Shown here piece after piece: positions 47,567-59,074 of a stretch of 64,000 nucleotides of DNA. Every line of letters starts with the position of its first letter. Within the stretch, counting starts at the first letter, position 1. The notes below the pieces were generated by a model, which was not told where the DNA came from, made no database searches, and worked only from the letters and a program-made list of their open reading frames with translations. The position numbers and the translations under genes are program-made. The DNA comes from Selaginella moellendorffii (lineage: Eukaryota > Plantae > Lycopodiophyta). The stretch covers positions 706,401 through 770,400 of the forward strand of contig NW_003314269.1 in assembly GCF_000143415.4 (NCBI RefSeq). The letters run 5' to 3'.

Positions 47567-50409
47567 TTCCCTCGGGACCCTAAAAGACAGGCTTAGGGTT
47601 TAAGCGGATCTTTATTATTTTATATGTTTTTTATTGATCATAAATTAATTAATTAATAAGCTTATGACTTAACTTTTCTTTACAGTAATTGCAACAATGG
47701 GTAATACAATAATCACAAACATCAAATCTATTAATCATATGCTAAAAAATTAATTTAAATTTTAAATATAATATTTAATATCCTTCAAGAGTTTAAGTTT
47801 TATATAATTTTGATTTACATATCTTATTTTTAAATTATTAAAATCTTATGGTATTTCTCTAAAATTTATATGTATATAAAGTTCATATGCCAAAATACAA
47901 TTTATACATTTTAAATGTTTTAACCAAATTTCTAAGTGTGAAATGTTTTTTCTTACTATTCACTAAAAACTAATATCCAAAATGCATTTCTTTTTTTTTA
48001 CAAATATTTCAAATCTTTTATAACCATCATATTAATTATATCATCACTTATAAAGTTATGCATTTTAATTAATATATTATAAATTTATATCAAGGTAATT
48101 ATAATTTTAATAATGTTTCTTCTGTATCAATGAAGTTAAAATGCAAAGAGCCACCCAAGTATTATATAATAAGAAGCACTATTTTATGCATTAAGATATA
48201 TATAATAAATAATAGTAAATAAGCTAAAAAAGAAAAATAAATAAATTTATTATATTATTATTTCTATGCCAAAGTCTTTCAATCATTTTATAAAGTTAGG
48301 AGAAAATTTAGTAAAATTACAGGATGTTTTTTTAGTAACTAAATTTTAAAATGGTAATTAAAATATAAAAATGTTGAAAATAAATTTATATGCATTAATA
48401 CCTTAAAAGTATAAAATAACTTTGGTATTTATATAAAGAGACAGTAAAAGTTTTATATGAATTTATAAATATTTGAGAGCATTAATATTATTTATTTTTA
48501 GTATATTAAACACATCTTAATCCCTATATAGATAGTAGATGACCAGTTATATAATTTATAATTGAAATAATTAAAGATTATTTTTAATTATAAAAAATTT
48601 ATTAGTTATGCTTTAAATATTACTTAACAAAATAAAGAAAATCCTTAAGGTTTTATTGCCACAAACTAGCGCTGCAGTGGAATGGTTAAAAAACTCATTT
48701 ATTAAGTTTTATACTTCAATTTCATAATGATTAATAATTTTTTTTACACAATGAAATTAAATTATAGAATAAAGCTTTTAATAATAAGCATGTTGTGAGG
48801 GTCAAGTGTACAGTTACGATGCCATATACTAATATTAGTGTAATAGGATTTTTGTAGCTGTTGAATTGGTTTCAATCCGGACCACTCACTCCTATATATA
48901 AATTAGGGTTTTTGGGCTAATTGATATACACATTTTCTATATTCCTTTTCTATATTCCAAACACTTACATTGGTGGAAATGAAAGGCATCTTTTGATTAT
49001 CCCTAAGGAGTGTTTGGATTTGGGATTTTGGTTTAGATTTAGTTTTTGCATTATGCATTATCTAGATTTAGCTTTTTCCATTTCCTCTTTTTTGTTCTTT
49101 CTTTTCAGGATTTTTGTTTAGATCTAGCTTTTTACATTGTTTAGATTCTTCTTTCCTTTTAACTTTTTGTCATTTCTCTTCTTTTGCTCTTTCCTTTTTG
49201 TTCATCTTCATGGCAGATCAACAATCTCCTCTTTTGACTCTGGAGCAGCAGTTGGTACAATTGCTTGATGCTATACATTTGCAATTGAACAACTAAACTT
49301 AATTGATGATGGCATTCACAGCATGTGGTACAACTCCTCTTGCTCTTGGTGCCAATCCTCGTGTGCAACTAGAGTTCTTTCATGGGAATCTTAGGGATGA
49401 TGTGTACCATTAGTTTGATCACTTCACGATGATTGCCACATATAATTCTTGAGATGATGCTCGACGTTTACATGAGTTTCCCACGTGTCTCTAAGGGACG
49501 ACACTACAGTGGTACAATGGTTTGAATGCAACTATTCGTGGGGATTGGAATGTTCTCCCAGATGTCTTCAAACGCACATTTGGACATGCCGACCATTGTG
49601 ATGATGCCTTCCAGCAATTGCATCATCTTCGTCAAGGGCTATCTGAGTCGATGATGCAATTTGGCATTCGTTTCCAAAGTCTTTTGCTTCGTGCAGAGCT
49701 AAATATGTTAGAGCGGATCAAGCTAGGAATGTTGTGGCCAGCACTTCGTCAAGATCTTGTTGGACTTGTGCATACACTTGCTCCAGCCACCCTTGACAAT
49801 GCTTTTCGCTTGGCACAATGTTATGAGATGTCGCCTCTTCCACTTCGCACTGCACGTTCTTTTGCTCCACTTCCTATAGGCGATGGTCTTGTTCCAATGG
49901 AAGTTGATGTTGCTGTTGCTCGAGTCCAAGGACAAGGGTGAGGATGTGATCATGGCCATGACGTTCGCTATTAGGTATATGATGTCGATGTTTTTCGAAT
50001 TAACAACCTCCATTTCCTAGGTGAAGACCTTGGCGTCAACAACGTCCTGTTGGTGCTACTATAGTGGAAGGTTTGGACACCGAGATGCATCCGAGAAATA
50101 AGGAATCGCCCGAGTAACAAAAGGATCTTGCGTGAATAAGTTAGTAACCCCTCCATTTTTCTTCGGGAGTATCATCAAGGGGTTCATTCAGCACCAATTC
50201 ATCTAGTGTTTACTTTCCAAAGTCGGTTTTTAACAAAAGGTTTTCTATTATTCTCTCTGTGTTGGTTGATACAGGTTCAATTTTATCTTCTATTGCTCAA
50301 TCTGTTGCCACACGTTGCCGTCTACACTTGCGTTATATGACAGAACCAATTTTCATTCTTTATGGCAACGGCTGTACACATGCATGTGCATGGGATGAGG
50401 CAGACCTAG

Positions 50410-53400
50410 TGTAAGCGACTAATTTTTCCATTTTACTTTAGTCACTTAACTGCACCTCTGACCACTTGGAGGAGTCTCATTCACAACCTCCATAAGTCCC
50501 CGTTAGGACTTGGGGCTTGCCAGCCCTGAGAATGGCATCCATGCCACTCAACCTTTGCACTTGGTCCAAGTGCTCCACATGTCCAATCCCATGACCGATA
50601 CCCCAAGGTACCACCGACATACCAGCCCGTTACGCTAGGCCATGCCCATTCACCTTGGTCACACTAGTGGTCTAACGCCACCTGCATCATAATCCCGTCT
50701 CTCAAAGACTGGGCCATCCGTCCATGAGCGATCATCCCAGATCTACTCCTTAGCATCCTTAGGATGCCTGCAGACATGGGGCATAGCCTTCCCTGACAAC
50801 TCTTTTCCAGTCCCCACCAAATCCCTTTTAGTCCATGGCCGTGTTCGCCAACACTGCCACTGGATCAAGGCCCGCAGGCCTGACCGCTAAGGCCCACTAT
50901 CCTTTGGGACTTCCTCACCATATGACTGTATCCTTGGTCACTGCATTAGAGGCCTACTCCTCTTCCCTTTCACCATTTGGGACTTTGGGACAACATTTCA
51001 AAACACCGTGGCCTTACGCAAGCCTCATGGGTACTCTCCCCACCTTTTGCCTTTAGGTGCTCTAGCTATAGGCTTAGAGCGAGGTTCCGTTCAAGGAATT
51101 CTATTCCTTAGCTTGCTAAGGTTTCTCCATTTGCAAGCTTTCTAATTACCATATAGCCTAACATGGACAATCCCATGCTTTAGACTCTCCATGGCATCCC
51201 GGTCACTAGTAATAACATGCTTGAGCACCCATTTGATTCTCCACTCCCAACTTGCATAACCACCCTTGGTCATGCCTGTCAATTCCCATGGTTCGGTTCT
51301 ATCCCTTTACTACTTGCCTTTTTGGCCTCATTCATTTCCTTCAGTTATTCTCCTCCAGACTAGGAAGATAGCTTTGCACTTTCTACCATGCCTTGGCAAG
51401 TATTCATAGGGATGAACCTACCTGACAGCTTAGGAGTGGTTCCTCAATCCGGGTTTGCCCACCTTGTAATCCCATACCCTAGGATTACCGTTGCTACTTA
51501 TGGGCCTTTATATGCCCATCCCTAGCCTTGCCAAAATCCCCTTTTGGCTTTGTCCAATTCGGGTAGACGAACTTCTCCCGTCTCCACAACCTTGGACATT
51601 TGGATAGCACCTTTTATCCATCATTCGCTAGGGACTTTGTCCCTTGGGCATTGTCCATTGCCCTCACGACATCAAACAACACCTTTTGGTGTTCTAGAGT
51701 GTCTGGGTGTCCTAATGATGGCCTCTCTGACAATGAGCATTCTCTTTTCGACATTGACTTACTACATCGCAACATAAGCAATTTATCCCTCATAAGGGTA
51801 TATTTAACTTCTTTATCCCAATAAGAAGTCTTAGGTAGTTGCCTTCTACCAGTTTAACAAATTATTTTGTAGCTTTTGCTTAGTTGCCTCATAGTTGTCA
51901 AGTCCTGCAACTCATTGCTAGTGCTTCCACACCTCCATCATTATCTGGGTCACCACACTTTAACCGCATGCCTTCCAGCATAGGATATGCTATTCCCATT
52001 TCCATTAGGATTCCTTTGGATGGGGTTCTCATGAACCCGCCAACTTGACCTCAAGGCAGCACGCCTTGGCACCTTTGGTGTCTCCACACCATCAGCTCTA
52101 CGAGCCTACTTTTATGACACTTTTTACTTGTGTCTAGGTCTTTTTGCCAAGACCAATATGGTTGTCTCTTATGCCAATTATCCATTAGCATTGCACCATA
52201 GTGTTTACACCCAACTCTGGGCCAAAGTTGCTTTCTTTTGGGAACATCTTTCCCACGACTTTAGCATGGCATATTCTATCATCAATGAAATACCTACTGT
52301 TCTCATCCTTGGATCTTATGATCCTCCCCATACCTCATGGGGCACCATACACCTTAGTCCAAATGCTTCAACCAATCCCTTAGGGCCATTCCCTGACTCC
52401 ACTTGAGTCATTTAGCATTTTAGACTTTGCTAATCTAACGACCTGCGAGGTCTTAATCTTCGAGGTGCCAACTCGCTGGAATACAACTTCTTGTATTCAT
52501 GTCCTGCTCACAAGGACAATCTTTGCAAGTGTTACTCCGACACTTGATTTGGTCTCTTGGGGCAACCTTTTGCCCCTTAGGACCACTTGTCCATGCGATG
52601 AGAATATCAATTCATCCTCTAAGTACACCCCTAACTTCTTGGGTTGTTCCAGCATTTATTAGAGGTAGTCCCGGCTACCATTTCAAGGACTTGTGTCCTC
52701 TTCCGTATTTGACCTCCCACGGTCATCAATTCCAGTCTCAAATTTATGAGCACTTGCCTCAACTATGTGAGGATAATCTTATGACTCCTTTATTGTTTTG
52801 GAGTCTCTATCTTTCCCGTGATCCTAACTATAGTTGTTTACCACAACTACTTTAGTCAATTTGATGAGCCAAATGCTCATCCGGATCACATCCTCAACTC
52901 AATGAGGAAAACCTTGCACTGTTCCCAAGATCCCAAAGTCGTTCCATTATTGGCCCTTTTCTATCCACCACCGTGTCTACAAGTTCACACATGAGCTATA
53001 ATGGAGAGCCATGTCTTCCCGACCTACTACTCCTCAAGGATAGGCCCACTCCTTGGACCTTCCGATGCCAACACCAATGGTGATATACTTGAGCACCAAT
53101 AAAAGTCAGACTAAGGAACAACTTCGATACCAAATTGTAAGCGACTAATTTTTCCATTTTACTTTAGTCGTTTAACTGCACCTCCGACCACTTGGAGGAG
53201 TCTCATTCACAACCTCCATAAGTCCCCGTTAGGACTTGGGGCTTGCCAGCCCTAAGAATGGCATCCATGCCACTCAACCTTTACACTTGGTCCAAGTGCT
53301 CCACATGTCCAATCCCATGACCGACACCCCAAGGTACCACCGACATACCAGCCCGTTACGCTAGGCCATGCCCATTCACTTTAGTCGCACCGGTGGTCTA

Positions 53401-54929
53401 ACGCCACCTGCATCATAATCCCGTCTCTCAAAGACTGGGCCATCCGTCCATGAGCGATCATCCCAGATCTACTCCTTAGCATCCTTAGGATGCCCGCAGA
53501 CATGGGGAATAGTCTTCCCCGACAACTCTTTTCCAGTCCCCACCAAATCCCTTTTAGTCCATGGCCGTGTTCGCCAACACTGCCACTGGATCAAGGCCCG
53601 CAGGCCTGACCGCTAAGGCCCACTATCCTTTGGGACTTCCTCACCATGTGACCGTATCCTTGGTCACTGCATTAGAGGTTTACTCCTCTTCCCTTTCACC
53701 ATTTGGGACTTTGGGACAACATTTCAGAACACCGTGGCCTTACGCAAGCCTCATGGGCACTCTCCCCGCCTTTCGCCTTTAGGTGCTCTAGCCATGGGCT
53801 TAGAGCGAGGTTCCGTTGAGCCACGACAGTAGTGCCACCCACACTTGGACTGGGAGCATCGGCCAGTCGATCTCCCGGAGGAACTAGAGCCGGCTCTTGA
53901 ACACTTCACCAAGCTACCCCGCTTGTCGGTCCGTGTTCACTCTAGTCTTGGACTTCCCAATGGGCAGCTCATCACCCAACACTGGGTCCGGCCTTCCTGG
54001 GCCAAACTGGCTCCACTGCAGTCCACCCCCTACTATACTTTTGGAGCTCACCAAACCCCCCAGGGTTTGGGAGACGAACGCTTTGGGCTTTCACCCTCTC
54101 AGACTCGAACTCGGACTCGGCCTCGGACTCGGACTCAGACTCGGATTCGGACTCGGACTCGGACTCGGCCTCGGCCTCGGTCTCGGTCTCGGTCCCGATC
54201 TCGGTCTCGGTCTCGGTCCCGATCTCGGTCTCGATCTCGGTCCCGGTCTCGGTCTCGGTCCCGGTCTTGACTTCAGACTCCATCTCGGGTCCATCTCGGA
54301 CTCCATCTCGGACTCCATCTTGGGTCCATCTCAAGTCCATCTCGGACTCCATCTCGGACTCCACCTCGGACTCCATCTCGGACTCCATCTCGGGTCCATC
54401 TCGGGTCCCATCTCGAGTCCTATCTCGGGTCCATCTCGGACTCCATCTCGGACTCCATCTCGGGTCCATCTCGGACTCCATCTCGGACTCCACCTCGGAC
54501 TCCATCTCGGGTCCTTCTCGGACTCCATCTCGGACTCCATCTCAGGTCCATCTTGGGTCCCATCTCGGGTCCATCTTAGACTCCATCTCGGACTCCATCT
54601 CGGACTCCATCTCGGGTCCATCTCGGGTCCACCTCGGACTCCACCTCGGGGTCCTTCTCGGACTCCACTTCGGACTCCAACTTGGGTCCATCTCGGACAC
54701 TTCCACGTGTCATGTGTTGGTCCTTTTGGGTCCCTTTTTGGAGCCTTGCTTATTGCTCTCTTTGTGCTTGTTCCTCGAGCACTTCGTTGGGAATTCCACT
54801 CCCGCTCTCGACCTTTCAAGGCGGAGCTTTTAGTCCAAACGTGTTACGTTCGTTTGGCTTTCGCTTCGGCCACTACCACGTGGCGCCCCTCCTGCTCCAC
54901 TTTGGGGCCTAGGGATTTTGTGTCTCACA
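50410..54929 (-). mobile_element. Nested, internally deleted LTR retroelement inserted in the host element's protease gene
   Basis: CCTAG TSD at 50405-50409 and 54930-54934; full LTR 53136-54929; truncated LTR 50410-51091 matches 53136-53817; tggtatcgaag PBS at ~53122-53132 on the minus strand. Confidence 0.93.
54100..54700. repeat. Compound tandem array inside the LTR: (ctcgga)n, (ctcggt)n, then 12-mers ctcggactccat with interspersed 11-mers ctcgggtccat
   Basis: Direct reading. Confidence 0.95.
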
Positions 54930-57900
54930 CCTAGTTGTGCGTGTGGGCAATCTCGAGCTTGGGTTGCAGTCATTGCAAGTGGTGCCGAGTCAAGCTTTTG
55001 AACTCATCCTTAGTATGGATTAGTTGTAGCATAATCATGCCAAGTACGACTTTAAAGTTTCTCCCCTTTGTTTTATACTTCTTTATATTTCATCAATTCC
55101 TCTCACTTCTGTACTTCTTCGTCTCTCTATTTTACCTCTGTTTCAATTACTTTTGTCCCCTTCACTATTTCCTCTTATGTTTCCATCTTGTTCTGCTCTT
55201 CCCTTTTCGGTTCCCTCTAACAATCTTTGTGTTGCAGTGGTTGACCAGCTCATGAAGAAGTATTTTGATCTCTTTGAATTTAACCTATCATTTAGGGCCA
55301 AGATTGTCACATATCGTCCGATTCCAATTGGGGATGCTCGTCCAATCAAGGTTCTTATTCATCGTTGGTCACCCAAAGAGATCAAGATTTTATGTGTAAA
55401 TGTTAAGGAGATGTTAAAGAAGGGTGTTATTCAGAAATTTGTGGAGTCCTTGGGCATATGAACCTCATTTTGTGATGAAGTCTGATGGGAGTATTTGTTT
55501 TTGCATCGACTATCATCTATTAAACGAAGTGACGATTTTAGATGTGTACCCTCTTCCTCACATTGCTGATCTCTTGGATCGTCCGAGGCAAAGTCGTTGG
55601 TTCACCAAGCTAAATCTTGTTTCTGGGTTTTGGCAAGTACCGATGGCCGAAAAAGATATTTCTAAGACTGCTTTTTATACACTGTTTAATTTGTATGAAT
55701 TCTTGGTGATGTCGTTTGGTTTGAACAATGCTCCAACAACTTTTTAGCGGATGATGGACGAGGTTTTTTTTTATATCCCAGAGGTGACTGTTGACTTTAT
55801 TGATGATGTCTTGATCCACTTGGAGGGGACATGGGAGGAGCACTTTCGTGATGTCTGTAAAGTGTTGAATCAGCTACAGAACATTGGTTTAAAGTTGAAA
55901 TGGTTAAAGTGCGTGTTTGGGTCCAAGGACACAACTTCTCTTGGGTACCGTATCTCTCATGAAGGTTTATAAGTTGATTTTGATAAATTTATGGTTGTTC
56001 TAAAGTTCTCTACTCTGAAGTGTGTGAATGATGTGCAACACTTTCTAGGCAAGGTGTAATATCTCGGTCGTTTTGTGGATCATTTTTTTTTTATCACACT
56101 GCACAGTTGTGAGTGTTGCTGAAGTCATCAATGTCATCTTTCATCTAGTCTCCAAATTGTGAGCAGGCATCCGTGGATCTCAAAGAGTTATTGACGACTC
56201 CTCTGGTTTTGGCATATCCTGACTACACTCAACCTTTTATTTTGCAAGTGGATGCTTCTGATATTAGTCTTGGAAATGTGTTGATGCAAGAAAGCCCAAA
56301 TGTGCTTGGTCAGCACCATCCCATTGCATATATAAGCTATACATTACAACCAACAAAGGTAAACTACTCCACGACAGAGAATGAGTGTTTAGCAGCAGTT
56401 TGGGGTTTCAAGAAACTTCATGCATATGTACATGGTTCCTGGAAGGTACTTGAAGGTCATCATGCTACTGTTACTTCATTATTGAAGCGAAAGAACTTGG
56501 TTAGTTGTATTACTCGGTGGGTTTTGAAGCTTCAGATATATGTTTTTGATGTTGTTCAAAGCCTAAGGAGTTCTATAGCTGATACTAATGCCCTTTCTCA
56601 AGCTCTTCTTCCTTCTCCACTCTCTTCTTATGTTTTTGAAGAGTTTGTTATTCCAACATCTGTGGATTTTCTAAACAAGGATTCTATACCGTCGGTAGTT
56701 TTTGTACTTGACGTTTAGTGTTCACAAGGTGCAGAGCAAGATCTACCTTCTCTTGATGAGGTTCGTGAGACTCAAAAGATTGAGCCGTGGATTTGAAGGC
56801 TTCAAAATGGGTTTGAGAATCTTGCATCATTTGCTGATAATTTGTCTTTCCGACATTTATATTCTCAATATCGCCTTGAAGACAAACTTCTTTATTTTGT
56901 GGGGATGGATCCTGATGATTATTTACGGTTGGTGGTGCCTTTTGTCTTTATTCTGCAGTTTCTTTATACCTACCATGATTCTCCTGTTCTATGTGGGCAT
57001 ATAGGACATCGTCGTGTAATCGAGAAGCTGTATAGGTCTTTCTATTGGCCGGAAATACATCATAATATTATCTAGTATGTGCGTAACTGTGTTTGGTGCC
57101 AAGCTCGTAATACTCTCCCTCGTGCTACAGAAGGACGGTTGGAGTTAATTGCAGTTTCCCGTCCGTTTGAGTTGGTGGTGTTTGATCTTATGGGACCTTT
57201 TCCACAATCGACTATTAGCAATGAGTATATTATTATTACTTCTGATTACTTAATTTTTTGGGTGGAAGTTGGTGTTCTTGCTAGTGCTTTTGCAACTGTT
57301 GTTGGATACTTCTTCCTCAATCGAGTGGTGTTCCAACATTCTTATTTAGAGCGGATTCTCTTAGATAATGGTCTCGCATTTGTGGCTAAGGCATTTCATG
57401 TTTTGATATCTCGGTTGGGGATACGCCACACTTTCACGAGTGCTTATCATTCACAATCAGATAGTCTGGTAGAATGGCTTATTTGGAAGTTCAAAGGGAT
57501 GATCGCAAAGTATGTGAACTTTCAGCATTCGGATTGGGATAGTTATTTCCCATCTCTTCGGTATGCATATATCACAGGGGTGTAAAGTTCTATAGGTGCT
57601 TCACCATATAAACTTCTATATGATCATAATTTAATATTACTAATGGAGCCAGCTCCATTAATAGTTTACCTTTGCGGTTGCTATGAGCTGCCAATGCTAA
57701 GTCATGGGATTAGTATTTGACAAGCATTCTTCCACTTGTCTGAGTAGTATTTGCCGAACACTTAGACTGCGTACAAGTGGGACAACAACGGTGCTACAAC
57801 TCTCATCATTGTCCACTTGCGGAGTACAAAGTGGATGATTTGGTGTTAATTTATTTTCCCCATCTTACAAGGTGCTCCTTGCTCAGTGGAAAGGACCGTA

Positions 57901-59074
57901 TCGGGTGTTGTCGTAAGTTAGACCACAAGTTTATGAGGTTTGGCATGATGTCTAGTAAACCAATCCTCCAAAAATTATGCATGTGCAGCAGTTGAAACGC
58001 TTCATACAAAGGGATCAAGAGCAGTTAATACCACCTACAAATCTACTAATGCCTCCTCCTGACATTCTTCTAGATCCCAACCCATCTACAAAAGAACTCT
58101 AATGGTCTTCCATTATTTCGAGAGGATGGGATGATGTGAGGGCCAAATGTACAGTTACAATGCTGTATACTAATATTAGCATAGTGGGATTTTGGTAATT
58201 GTTGGATTAATTTCAATCCAGACCACTCGCTCCTATATATAAGCTAGAATTTTTGGGCTAATTGATATACACATTTTCTGTATTCCCTTTCCATATTCCA
58301 AGCACTTACAATGTTTAAATATTTAAAATTATTTCTATTTTGATCAAATTCATCTAAATTATTTTTATATATAATAGTAGTAAAAATATTTTTTAAAATA
58401 CAATTCATAATGTTTTATGCAAGTTATAACTTATAAAAATGGTATATTATGTAAAATAGTGTGTAGGTTTTGAAAAAAAACATTCCAAAGTTGCTAAATA
58501 AGGAATGAAGACTTTATCTACTTCTTTTTAACTCCAATTGAATTATTAACCACTAAATTTTATTATATTTTTTCAACAAAAAAGATTCCTATGATTCCAA
58601 ATCTTTAAAATATTTTATATTATTTATAAATATACAAGCTGAAGCTTTGCTATAATTAGTATTCAGTTATCCTTGTCCACTTCAGTTATCCTTATCCACT
58701 TCAATGACCTTGAGATCATCAGATATAATTTTTTTTAATTAATCTAAATCATCCATGATAAAATCTTTAACCCTTACAATCATTGATTCAAGGCCAATAG
58801 CGATCCCAAACAACACCAAGTTAATACCAAAGGCTTCTAGCTAATGCTGGGATCTCCACACTTCCGAAGCTACAGCAGCGGAGACTCACGTCCCACGGTG
58901 GACCGGGATATCACGGTTTTGGAACATGTATGGCCTGTCCTACTATCACAAAAAACTGCGCGAATTAAAACGGAACAAAGACAAACCAAACCTTTGTACA
59001 TTTTTACACCGCACGGGCTGCCGTAAGGGCTTCCCTCCTTGAAAGGACACATGGATCACACACATGGTACGCCC

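Larger units (their letters stand above)
48794..58310 (+). mobile_element. Full-length but decayed Ty3/gypsy LTR retrotransposon with 176-bp LTRs
   Basis: LTRs 48794-48969 and 58135-58310 (TG...CA); flanking ATGT/ATGT; PBS 48971-48990; PPT gagaggatggga before 58135; domain order gag (~49400-49940), PR (VLVDTGS ~50260), RT (FCIDY, FIDD), RH (LQVDAS), INT (GHIG..CVWCQ, DLMGPF, DNG). Confidence 0.95.

Noticed and set aside
47610-48790. Extremely AT-rich tract (continues at 58315-58800) considered as organellar insertion or origin
   Set aside because: No organellar gene remnants or defined motifs; only composition supports it
54267-54700. Regularly spaced repeats resembling a CRISPR array
   Set aside because: Units are contiguous with no unique spacers, there are no cas genes, and the context is a eukaryotic LTR
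53845-54934. Long ORFs on both strands encoding RS/RT, GL/HLGL or ESEM repeats (SR-protein-like)
   Set aside because: They are translations of the stop-free 6/12-bp tandem array inside an LTR; there is no RRM or other domain
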